From: Clostridia bacterium
Lineage (GTDB): Bacteria; Bacillota; Clostridia; Oscillospirales; CAG-272
NCBI GenBank assembly: GCA_017468385.1
Contig: JAFUIQ010000011.1
Coordinates: 1,622 to 65,621, forward strand
Direction of reading: 5' to 3'
DNA length: 64,000 nt
The notes beneath the pieces were generated by a model. The model was not told the DNA's origin, did no database searches, and worked only from the letters and a program-made list of their open reading frames with translations. Every line of letters starts with the position of its first letter. Within the stretch, counting starts at the first letter, position 1. Positions 56,152 to 64,000 of the stretch are shown in pieces. The translations under genes and the position numbers were made by a program.

Positions 56152-57237
56152 ATGTCGAGCCGTCTTTTCCAGGGCATAATTCATCAGATGAGGGATACGA
56201 TCGACCGTGTAACCGGCGTTATCGACGAGAACGGTGTAATTATTGCCTGCAGTGAACTGGTGAAAATCGGTGAAATGCGTCAGGGCGTGCGGGAAGAATT
56301 GGCGTACACCACGGATTCCGTGACCATCGGCGGTTTCACCTACCGTCCTATCGGCGCGGGTGCCAAGTGGGAATATATCGTTTTCGTGGAGGGCGAGGAT
56401 AAGATGGCGGACAAGGTCGCCACGATCCTTTCCGTTACCTTTGCCAATATCAAAAATCTCTACGATGAGAAGTACGATAAGAGCTCCTTTATCAAGAATA
56501 TCATCCTGGACAACATCCTACCGTCCGATATCTACATAAAGAGCAAAGAACTGCATTTCAGCACCGACGAAGTGCGCATTGTGTTCCTGATCAAGTTCCA
56601 CTCCAAGGGCGAGGTTCTGCCCTACGACATGGTGCAGAACATCTTCCCCGATAAGAATAAGGATTACGTCATCAGCGTGGGCGAGCAGGATATTGTCCTC
56701 GTGAAGGAAATCAAGCCCAACACCCCCGTGAAGGAAGTGGAAAAGATCGCGAAATCCATCGCGGACACCCTCAATTCCGAGTTCTTCACCAAGGTGTCCA
56801 TCGGTATCGGTAAGCCGGTGGACAACATCAAGGATCTGGCCCGCTCCTACAAGGAAGCGCAGATCGCTCTGGAAGTCGGTAAGGTATTTGATACCGAAAA
56901 GAATATCGTCAGCTACGAGAATCTGGGTATCGGCCGCCTGATCTATCAGCTGCCTACCACTTTGTGCGAGATGTTCTTGCAGGAAGTGTTCAAGAACGGC
57001 TCCCTGGAGTCCCTGGACCGCGAAACCCTTATGACCATCCAGTGCTTCTTCGAGAACAATCTGAATGTATCCGAAACCTCCCGTAAGCTGTTTGTACACA
57101 GAAATACGCTTGTGTACCGCCTGGAGAAAATCCGCAAACTAACCGGCCTGGACCTGCGTGAGTTTGACCACGCGATCACGTTCAAGGTGGCTTTGATGGT
57201 AAAACGCTACCTCACTACCAAACCCATGAAGTTCTGA
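56152..57237 (+). CDS. PucR/CdaR-family transcriptional regulator
   Basis: Start at MSSRLFQG (AAAGGAGA RBS). The C-terminal PucR HTH is NVSETSRKLFVHRNTLVYRLEKIRKLTGLDLREFD. Confidence 0.8.
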   Translation: MSSRLFQGIIHQMRDTIDRVTGVIDENGVIIACSELVKIGEMRQGVREELAYTTDSVTIGGFTYRPIGAGAKWEYIVFVEGEDKMADKVATILSVTFANIKNLYDEKYDKSSFIKNIILDNILPSDIYIKSKELHFSTDEVRIVFLIKFHSKGEVLPYDMVQNIFPDKNKDYVISVGEQDIVLVKEIKPNTPVKEVEKIAKSIADTLNSEFFTKVSIGIGKPVDNIKDLARSYKEAQIALEVGKVFDTEKNIVSYENLGIGRLIYQLPTTLCEMFLQEVFKNGSLESLDRETLMTIQCFFENNLNVSETSRKLFVHRNTLVYRLEKIRKLTGLDLREFDHAITFKVALMVKRYLTTKPMKF

Positions 57238-57391
57238 GTGCGACCGGGTTTTCCGACCGGACGTGTTCATCCAATATTCGTCATTTAAGTAACGCGTCAG
57301 GCAGTCGTTTTGTCTGGCGCATTTCCTTGCATGAATTGGTTTAATACGGAAAAACAGGAATTTTTTCACTTCTCTGCCATATGGAGGATCT

Positions 57392-58069
57392 ATGATTGAA
57401 TTTAAGAATGTGAAAAAATTGTATCCCAACGGTACCCATGCTCTGAATGGGATCAATTTGAAAATAGAGGACGGCGAGTTCGTGTTTGTTGTCGGTCATT
57501 CCGGCGCAGGCAAGTCCACCATGATGAAACTGCTTTTGCGGGAGGAAAAACTCACCTCCGGCCGGCTGAAGGTGGGCGATTACGATCTGGCGAAGATGTC
57601 CTCCTTCCGCGTGCCGTACTATCGGCGGGAGCTGGGCGTGGTCTTCCAGGATTTCCGCCTGTTCCACGACAAAACCGTGTATGAAAACGTGGCGTTCGCC
57701 ATGCGTGCTGTGGGAACTCCCAACAAGATGATCCGCCGCCGCGTGCCCGCCATTCTCAATACCGTCAATCTGGCGGACAAGCAGAAATGCTTCCCGAAAG
57801 AATTGTCCGGCGGTGAGCAGCAGCGTGTCGCTTTGGCCCGCGCCCTCGCCAACAATCCCAAAATCATTCTGGCGGACGAGCCCACCGGCAACATCGATCC
57901 CCAGATGAGTCTGGAAATCATGAATCTGCTGGTGAAAATCAATAAGCTGGGCAAAACCGTCATCGTGGTTACCCATGAGCAGAGCCTGGTGGATTATTAC
58001 AAACAGCGCGTGGTGGTCCTGAAGGACGGCGTGATTACGGAGGATCGTGTGGGAGGTATGTTCGAATGA
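57392..58069 (+). CDS. ftsE: Cell-division ATP-binding protein FtsE
   Basis: GHSGAGKSTMMKLL, LSGGEQQRVALARAL and ILADEPTGNIDP. Confidence 0.95.
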   Translation: MIEFKNVKKLYPNGTHALNGINLKIEDGEFVFVVGHSGAGKSTMMKLLLREEKLTSGRLKVGDYDLAKMSSFRVPYYRRELGVVFQDFRLFHDKTVYENVAFAMRAVGTPNKMIRRRVPAILNTVNLADKQKCFPKELSGGEQQRVALARALANNPKIILADEPTGNIDPQMSLEIMNLLVKINKLGKTVIVVTHEQSLVDYYKQRVVVLKDGVITEDRVGGMFE

Positions 58070-58956
58070 GAAGATACAGTCCGAGTTATTTCGTATCCCA
58101 GGCCTTCAAGGGCATTTTCCGCAACGGCGTCATGTCCTTTGCCTCTGTGGCGGTTCTGATGAGCTGTCTCGTGGTGCTGGGCGGATTCGCCTTGCTGGTA
58201 CATAATATCAATGTCAACCTGGAGCAGTTCGGTCTGCTCAACGAGATTGAGGTCTTTGTGGAGTATAACGCCACGGAAGAAGAGATCCTGGCCATTGAGG
58301 AAAAGATCCGTTCCCTGGACAATGTGGCCAATGTGGTGCGCACGACCCGTGAGGAAGCATTCGCGGAGGCCAAAGAAGAGTTTGACGGCATGGAGCAGAT
58401 GTTTGAAAACGATCCCGAGGCCGTGAACCGCTTCTCCGACTCCTTTACGGTCACTTATGCGGACAACGACAAGGTGGTGACGCTGGCTTATCTTCTGAAT
58501 CAGATCGACGGCGTGCGCAAAGTCAACAACCGCATGGATCTGGCTACCACCATCTCTTCCTTCAAGCAGGGAGTTCTTTTGATCTTTACCTGGTTCCTTT
58601 TGATCCTTCTGGTGGTGACTTTGTTTGTCATCATCAATACCATAAAACTGTCCGTATTCTCTCGCCGGCATGAGATCAGCATCATGCGGTATGTGGGAGC
58701 CACCGGATGGTTCATTACCATGCCGTTTATCTTAGAGGGTATCATCATCGGCCTGTTCGCCAGCACCGCGGCTTACTTCATTGAGCGTTATTTCTACTTC
58801 TATGTGGAAAAAATGGTTATGAGCGATCTGCAGATGATTACCATGGTCCCCTTCGAGGCCGTGCAGATGCCTCTTCTGTATGGATTCCTCGGCGTAGGCG
58901 TGCTGGCCGGTATCGTGGGCAGCAGCATCTCTCTCGGAAAGTATCTGAAGGCATAA
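58066..58956 (+). CDS. ftsX: Cell-division permease-like protein FtsX
   Basis: ATGA overlap with ftsE. TM1, a large extracellular loop, three TMs, and RRHEISIMRYVGAT. Confidence 0.9.
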   Translation: MRRYSPSYFVSQAFKGIFRNGVMSFASVAVLMSCLVVLGGFALLVHNINVNLEQFGLLNEIEVFVEYNATEEEILAIEEKIRSLDNVANVVRTTREEAFAEAKEEFDGMEQMFENDPEAVNRFSDSFTVTYADNDKVVTLAYLLNQIDGVRKVNNRMDLATTISSFKQGVLLIFTWFLLILLVVTLFVIINTIKLSVFSRRHEISIMRYVGATGWFITMPFILEGIIIGLFASTAAYFIERYFYFYVEKMVMSDLQMITMVPFEAVQMPLLYGFLGVGVLAGIVGSSISLGKYLKA

Positions 58957-58968
58957 GGGAGGTAGCAT

Positions 58969-60204
58969 ATGAAAAACCAAATTTTGCATAAGGGATATCG
59001 CCTGATCACCTTGCTTTTGACTTGCGTGATCGTAGTGGGCGTGTGTCTGGCCGGCGGTGGATCTGTGGCGAACGCCGACTCCAAGCTGACGGACGCTACT
59101 GTACAGAAGTACGAAGAGCAGCTCGATCAACTGCATAAGCAGCAGCAGGATATCCAGAATACTCTGACCAAGATGGCTAAAGAGGGCAGTTCTCTGTCGG
59201 CGCAGAAGCAGCAAGTGGATACCTATATGGATACCACCCAGCGGAAGATCGCTATCGCAGAGACCCTTCTGGCGGAATTGCAGGGCAAGATTACCGATAC
59301 AAAGGCATCCATCGAAACTACCCAGGCGGAATACGACCGGATGTACGAGCAATTCTGGAATATCGTGGTGATGAACTACGAAGAGGGCGATGCCAGCTAT
59401 ATCGGCCTCATCCTTGGCGCGGACAGCCTGAGCGATTTTTTGACCCGCATGGATCATGTATCCAGCCTTCTTGCATATAATAAGTCCGTAATGGACACAC
59501 TGCAGCAAACCCAGACCATGCTGGAAGAGGATAAGCTCTCGCTGGAGGCGAAGATCGCCGTGCAGAACGAGACCCTGGAAACCCTGCAAAAGGACCGGGA
59601 GGATCTGGCGAAGCAGGAGGCGGACATCCTGAAAAAGATCGGGGATCTGGAAAAGGATCAGGCGGCCGCTCAGAAAGAATATTACGAAAACAAGAAAAAG
59701 GAAGACCAGCTGGATAAAGAACTGGAAGAATATCTGGCGGAACTCCAGAGAAAAAATCAGGAGAAGATGGAGAGCGGCGACTGGCTGTGGCCCATCAGCC
59801 TGAATGACTATCACTACAATTCCTCCGGCTATGGCTGGCGCTTGCTGTACGGCGTGTGGGATTACCATCGCGGATGGGATCTGGCGGCGTACCGCGGCAC
59901 GCCCATCCTTGCCTCCAAGGGCGGCAAGGTGGTCATTGCCCAGTATCACAACAGCTACGGCTACTACATTGTTATCGACCACGGCGACGGCGTCTCCACT
60001 GTGTACGCGCACTGCAGCAAACTGAACGTGGCCAAGGGCGATACCGTGAAGAAGGGCGACAAGATCGGCGAGGTGGGAACCACCGGCAACTCTACCGGTA
60101 ATCATCTCCATTTTGAGTTCCGTCTGAACGGAAAGTATACCGATCCCTTCAACTATATCAAGAATCCCCCCATTAAGGTTATTGCATCCCGTTACAATAA
60201 GTAA
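58969..60204 (+). CDS. Coiled-coil M23-family peptidoglycan DD-metalloendopeptidase (EnvC/PcsB-like partner of FtsEX)
   Basis: Long Q/E/K-rich coiled coil, then HRGWDLAA...IDHGDGVSTVYAHCS...GNSTGNHLHFE (M23 zinc motifs). Confidence 0.85.
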   Translation: MKNQILHKGYRLITLLLTCVIVVGVCLAGGGSVANADSKLTDATVQKYEEQLDQLHKQQQDIQNTLTKMAKEGSSLSAQKQQVDTYMDTTQRKIAIAETLLAELQGKITDTKASIETTQAEYDRMYEQFWNIVVMNYEEGDASYIGLILGADSLSDFLTRMDHVSSLLAYNKSVMDTLQQTQTMLEEDKLSLEAKIAVQNETLETLQKDREDLAKQEADILKKIGDLEKDQAAAQKEYYENKKKEDQLDKELEEYLAELQRKNQEKMESGDWLWPISLNDYHYNSSGYGWRLLYGVWDYHRGWDLAAYRGTPILASKGGKVVIAQYHNSYGYYIVIDHGDGVSTVYAHCSKLNVAKGDTVKKGDKIGEVGTTGNSTGNHLHFEFRLNGKYTDPFNYIKNPPIKVIASRYNK

Positions 60205-60246
60205 GGCGTTTTCATACGCTGAGACGAAAACAGGTGAAACTATAGT

Positions 60247-61461
60247 ATGAAAAAGAAAATTTCCGTTGGGGCATCCCTTGTCCTCATCCTGCTGGCTGCT
60301 CTGCTCACGTTTCAGGTGACGTTTACCGTTATGTCCCTGAAGCATCGGGAAGAGATGAGCGCGGCTTATGCCCATCTGGAAAACTACAATAAACTGCTGG
60401 AAGTGGATGCACTGTTCCGCAGTCAGTACGTCAAGGATATCGACGAGACGAAACTGATGGACGGCATCCTGGCCGGATATGTGGCCGGAGCGGGCGACCG
60501 GTTCGGCGCGTATTATCCCGCCGAGGAGTTCCAGACCTACATGGACAGCCTGAACGGCGATATGCAGGGTATCGGCGTCAACGTCATCTACAACTCCGAA
60601 TACGGCGCCATCGAGATCATCAACGTCATGCCGGATTCCCCAGCCCTTGAAGCGGGCGTGGAGCCGGGAGACCTGATCATCTACGTGGGCGAGGAAATGG
60701 AAAGCGTGGCCGATCTCGGATACTACGGCGCGCTGACCAAGCTGCAGGGCAAGGCAGGCACCCTGGCGGTGTTCACCGTGGCCCGTGGCAAGCATTATGA
60801 GGAATCCCACTCCTTCTCCATCATGCGCGGCTATGTGACCGAACAGACGGTTCTGCATCACGTCTACGCACCGGATAACACGGTGGGTGTCATCAAAATC
60901 ACCGGCTTCGATAAAGCCACCCCCGATCAGTTCTTTGCCGCGGTGAAAACGCTGCTGGACGGCGGATGCACACGGCTGGTGGTGGACGTGCGGAACAATC
61001 CGGGCGGCGAGTTGACCGCCATCTGCTCCGTTCTGGATTACCTGCTTCCCTCCGGTCCCGTGATCCGTACCATCGACCGGGAAGGGAACGAGGAAGTGAT
61101 CTACCGCTCCGATGCCAAGGAACTGGATGTGCCGATGGCCGTTCTGGTCAATGAAAATACCGCCAGCGCAGGCGAGCTGTTCTGCTCTGCTTTGCAGGAT
61201 TACAAGAAGGCCGTGATCGTGGGTACCCAGACCTACGGCAAGGGCTCCATGCAGACCATCCGCCAGCTGTCGGACGGCAGCGGACTGAGCGTGACCTACC
61301 GCTACTACTGCCCGCCGTTCTCCGATAACTACGACGGCGTGGGCGTTGCCCCCGATGTGGTGGTAGAGCCGGCCGGCGCCATGCTGGAAAAGAATATCTA
61401 TAAGATCACCGATGAAGAGGACAATCAGCTTCAGGCGGCGGTCACCGAACTTAATAAATAA
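60247..61461 (+). CDS. S41-family C-terminal processing peptidase (Ctp)
   Basis: PDZ segment (GIGVNV...INVMPDSPALEAGVEPGDLI), VDVRNNPGGEL, and NENTASAGELF / GTQTYGKGS (Ser/Lys dyad region). Confidence 0.9.
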   Translation: MKKKISVGASLVLILLAALLTFQVTFTVMSLKHREEMSAAYAHLENYNKLLEVDALFRSQYVKDIDETKLMDGILAGYVAGAGDRFGAYYPAEEFQTYMDSLNGDMQGIGVNVIYNSEYGAIEIINVMPDSPALEAGVEPGDLIIYVGEEMESVADLGYYGALTKLQGKAGTLAVFTVARGKHYEESHSFSIMRGYVTEQTVLHHVYAPDNTVGVIKITGFDKATPDQFFAAVKTLLDGGCTRLVVDVRNNPGGELTAICSVLDYLLPSGPVIRTIDREGNEEVIYRSDAKELDVPMAVLVNENTASAGELFCSALQDYKKAVIVGTQTYGKGSMQTIRQLSDGSGLSVTYRYYCPPFSDNYDGVGVAPDVVVEPAGAMLEKNIYKITDEEDNQLQAAVTELNK

Positions 61462-61506
61462 TTTCTGTCCGTCACGGACAGCGTAATGACGAAAGGATCT
61501 CCGCCC

Positions 61507-61998
61507 ATGGAAAACCAGAAGAAAACACTGTATACGGAAGAGGGCTACAAGAATCTGGTAGACGAGCTTCAGTATCTGAAGGATGTCCGTATCCCCGAAA
61601 TCAAAGTGCAGATTGCCGAGGCAAGAGCCTTCGGTGACCTCTCCGAGAACAGTGAGTACGATGAAGCCAAGAACGAGCAGGCCAAGGCCGTTACCCGCAT
61701 TGCCGAATTGGAAAAACTGATCAACGAAGCCACCATCATCAACGAGAGCGAGATCCGCGCCGACGTGGTCAATCTCGGCTCCTTCGTGAAAGTATACGAC
61801 AGCGATATGGATGAGGAAGTGGAGTACAGCATTGTTGGCTCCAACGAAGCAGATCCCATGCAGGGCCGCATCTCCGATCAGAGCCCCCTGGGCAGCGCCA
61901 TGCTGGGTGCCAAGGTGGGCGAGGAAGTGACCGTGGTCGCTCCCTTCGGCGAATACAAGGTAAAGATTCTGGCGGTAAGCCGTTCCAAGGATAACTGA
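61507..61998 (+). CDS. greA: Transcription elongation factor GreA
   Basis: [51 protein letters not shown]. The start could instead be 61486. Confidence 0.9.
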   Translation: MENQKKTLYTEEGYKNLVDELQYLKDVRIPEIKVQIAEARAFGDLSENSEYDEAKNEQAKAVTRIAELEKLINEATIINESEIRADVVNLGSFVKVYDSDMDEEVEYSIVGSNEADPMQGRISDQSPLGSAMLGAKVGEEVTVVAPFGEYKVKILAVSRSKDN

Positions 61999-62044
61999 CA
62001 CCACAGAAAGGAAGTTTCCGCTTCGGCGGATACAAAAGAGCGAT

Positions 62045-63550
62045 ATGGCAGAAGAAACCCGTAACAACCAAAATACAGTAAATGACGAAGCGCAGCTCAG
62101 CGAGATTCTGCAGGTGCGCCGCGATAAACTGAAGGCATTGCAGGACGCGGGATGCGATCCGTTCCAGATCACCAAGTTCGACGTGTCCCATCACGCCGAG
62201 GAGATCAAGGCACAGTATGATGCCCTGGAGAATAAAGAAGTGACCGTGGCCGGCCGTATGATGGCCAAGCGCATCATGGGTAAGGCATCCTTTGCCCACG
62301 TGCAGGATCTGAGCGGCAAGATGCAGCTGTACATCGCCCGCGACAGCCTGGGTGAGGAGCCCTATGCCGGCTTCAAGAAGATGGATATCGGCGATATCAT
62401 CGGCGTAAAGGGCAGTGTGTTCAAAACCAAGACCGGTGAGATCTCCCTCCACGTAACCGAGCTGACCCTGCTCTCCAAGAGCCTGCAGCCTCTGCCGGAG
62501 AAGTTCCACGGTCTGACCAATGTGGATACCCGCTACCGTCAGCGCTATGTGGATCTGATCACCAATCCCGAATCCAAGGATACCTTCATCAAGCGTTCCA
62601 AGATCATCAGCACCATCCGCCGTTTCCTGGATGCACAGGGCTTCATGGAAGTGGAGACTCCCATGCTGGTGTCCAATGCGGGCGGTGCCGCTGCTCGTCC
62701 CTTCGAGACGCACTTCAACGCTTTGGATGAGGATTTCAAGCTCCGTATTTCTCTGGAGTTGTACCTGAAGCGCCTCATCGTGGGCGGTCTGGAGAGAGTG
62801 TACGAGATCGGCCGCGTGTTCCGTAACGAGGGCCTGGATACCCGCCACAATCCCGAATTCACCCTGATGGAGCTGTATCAGGCATACACCGATTACCACG
62901 GCATGATGGATCTGACCGAGAATATGTTCCGCTATGTGGCAAAAGAGGTTCTGGGCACCACTACCATTACGTACAACGGCGTGGAGATGGATCTGGGCAA
63001 GCCTTTCGCCCGCATCACCATGGTGGACGCGGTTAAGCAGTATTCCGGTGTGGATTTCCACGAGATCCATACGCTGGAGGAGGCCCGTGCTGCCGCCGAC
63101 GCTCATCACGTGGAATACGAGGATCGCCACAAGAAGGGCGATATCCTGAATCTGTTCTTCGAAACCTTCGTGGAGGATCATTTGATCCAGCCTACGTTCG
63201 TTATGGATCACCCCGTGGAGATCTCTCCCCTGACCAAGCGGAAGCCCGACGATCCCGAGTACGTGGAGCGTTTTGAGTTCTTCATGAACGGCTGGGAGAT
63301 GGCCAACGCCTACTCCGAGCTGAACGATCCCATCGATCAGCGGGAGCGCTTCGCCGCACAGGAGGAGCAGTTTGCCGCCGGTGATGAAGAGGCCAACCAC
63401 ACCGATGAGGACTTCCTCAACGCCTTGGAAATCGGTATGCCCCCCACAGGCGGTATCGGCTACGGTATCGACCGTATGTGCATGCTGCTCACCGATTCCG
63501 CCGCTATCCGCGACGTGCTTCTGTTCCCCACCATGAAGACTCTGGACTAA
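62045..63550 (+). CDS. lysS: Lysine--tRNA ligase (class II)
   Basis: [32 protein letters not shown] and [15 protein letters not shown] (class II motifs 1-3). Confidence 0.97.
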   Translation: MAEETRNNQNTVNDEAQLSEILQVRRDKLKALQDAGCDPFQITKFDVSHHAEEIKAQYDALENKEVTVAGRMMAKRIMGKASFAHVQDLSGKMQLYIARDSLGEEPYAGFKKMDIGDIIGVKGSVFKTKTGEISLHVTELTLLSKSLQPLPEKFHGLTNVDTRYRQRYVDLITNPESKDTFIKRSKIISTIRRFLDAQGFMEVETPMLVSNAGGAAARPFETHFNALDEDFKLRISLELYLKRLIVGGLERVYEIGRVFRNEGLDTRHNPEFTLMELYQAYTDYHGMMDLTENMFRYVAKEVLGTTTITYNGVEMDLGKPFARITMVDAVKQYSGVDFHEIHTLEEARAAADAHHVEYEDRHKKGDILNLFFETFVEDHLIQPTFVMDHPVEISPLTKRKPDDPEYVERFEFFMNGWEMANAYSELNDPIDQRERFAAQEEQFAAGDEEANHTDEDFLNALEIGMPPTGGIGYGIDRMCMLLTDSAAIRDVLLFPTMKTLD

Positions 63551-63582
63551 GGCAAGCGAGCAGTAAGATTTTGCATAATATA

Positions 63583-63620
63583 AGCCATTTGCACCCCTTG
63601 CGGGTGCAAATGGCTTTTTT
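63583..63620 (+). terminator. Terminator of lysS
   Basis: AGCCATTTGCACCC-CTTGC-GGGTGCAAATGGCT + TTTTT. Confidence 0.85.
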
Positions 63621-63686
63621 GGTAGCATAGTTCACATTTGTATGATATAATAGAAAAAACCAACGGACTTTCTTAAGGATGGCTGT

Positions 63687-64000
63687 ATGAAAACAAAGAA
63701 ATTAACCTTTGTCGAATCGATTATGCTGGTAGCCGGTGCGGGAATCGGAACCGGCATATTGACGATTCCGTATGCTATAAGCAAAATCGGTGTGTTCGGT
63801 ACGATCACCGCTCTCGTGGCCGCCTATGCCGTGAGCGCGGTTATGTATCTGATCATCGCAGACCTCACGCGCAACTCTGCGAAGCCGGAGGATCTGCTGG
63901 CCATTCTTGATGAGCATCTGTTCAGCGGAAAAGGGAAAAAGACGCTTAATATGGCTTTCCTCATTCTGCTTGTATTGCTGTTGCTTGAGAATTTAGTGGT
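63687..64000 (+). CDS. Amino-acid permease (Trp/Tyr-permease-like), 5' part only; runs off the window
   Basis: Open frame from ATG 63687 to the window end, not in the ORF track. MKTKKLTFVESIMLVAGAGIGTGILTIPYAISKIG resembles the N-terminal TM1 motif of aromatic and hydroxy amino-acid permeases. Confidence 0.55.
   Translation, partial: MKTKKLTFVESIMLVAGAGIGTGILTIPYAISKIGVFGTITALVAAYAVSAVMYLIIADLTRNSAKPEDLLAILDEHLFSGKGKKTLNMAFLILLVLLLLENLV

Noticed and set aside
58732-62175. 1147-aa minus-strand ORF, the longest in the track
   Set aside because: It lies antisense to four well-supported plus-strand genes (ftsX end, M23 peptidase, S41 protease, greA), all of which have clear catalytic motifs. 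Its translation is low-complexity (rich in H, G, V, L, Q, D), has no recognisable domain, and has no RBS. This is a typical shadow ORF in GC-rich coding DNA.
61769-63628. 619-aa minus-strand ORF
   Set aside because: It is antisense to lysS (class II aaRS motifs on the plus strand) and has shadow-ORF composition.

Overview
The window reads as chromosomal DNA from a fairly GC-rich Firmicute, probably a Clostridia or Oscillospirales-like organism. That placement is inference from four things: the hrcA-grpE-dnaK-dnaJ-prmA order with a CIRCE operator, SigA-type promoters, lipoboxes, and an (S/P)PxTG sortase signal. All product names come from motif and family recognition by eye; no searches were run.

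Housekeeping content:
- the hrcA/grpE/dnaK/dnaJ/prmA heat-shock operon
- ftsE/ftsX, an M23 peptidase and an S41 Ctp protease
- greA, lysS, rsuA, rsmE, an RsmF-like methyltransferase and yifB/comM
- an orphan MsmX-like sugar ABC ATPase
- a three-gene ABC uptake system (PF04392-type binding protein) next to a LysR regulator
- a frameshifted tex gene
- two monocistronic tRNA-Gln genes (TTG and CTG)

Accessory or poorly understood content:
1. A visibly AT-richer islet downstream of tRNA-Gln(TTG). It is built from small cargo genes (an 82-aa protein, an XRE regulator, a DUF4304-like protein). These are interleaved with decayed tRNA-Gln copies, homologous GC-rich structured 3' elements and an iteron-like motif array. 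No recombinase is visible.
2. A 151-nt-period array of tRNA-Gln(CTG)-derived structured modules.
3. A VTC-domain / DUF4956 / tandem CotH-kinase-like cluster.
4. A NifU-like + GGGtGRT gene pair.
5. A tightly coupled six-gene envelope operon: MBOAT, AlgX/AlgJ-like, SH3b-VanX-type dipeptidase, Zn-ribbon/TM/RCC1 propeller, Ig-repeat transglutaminase-like protein, and a lipoprotein. I consider this the best candidate for an undescribed system.
6. A YhbD-like regulator and a bactofilin, with a duplicated perfect palindromic operator in the promoter.
7. A solitary RAYT/IS200-like Y1 transposase and a Nudix gene in another AT-richer patch.
8. A WYL regulator.

No CRISPR array, rRNA or recognisable defence-system core was seen. 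Many long ORFs in the track are antisense shadows of well-supported genes and were rejected.
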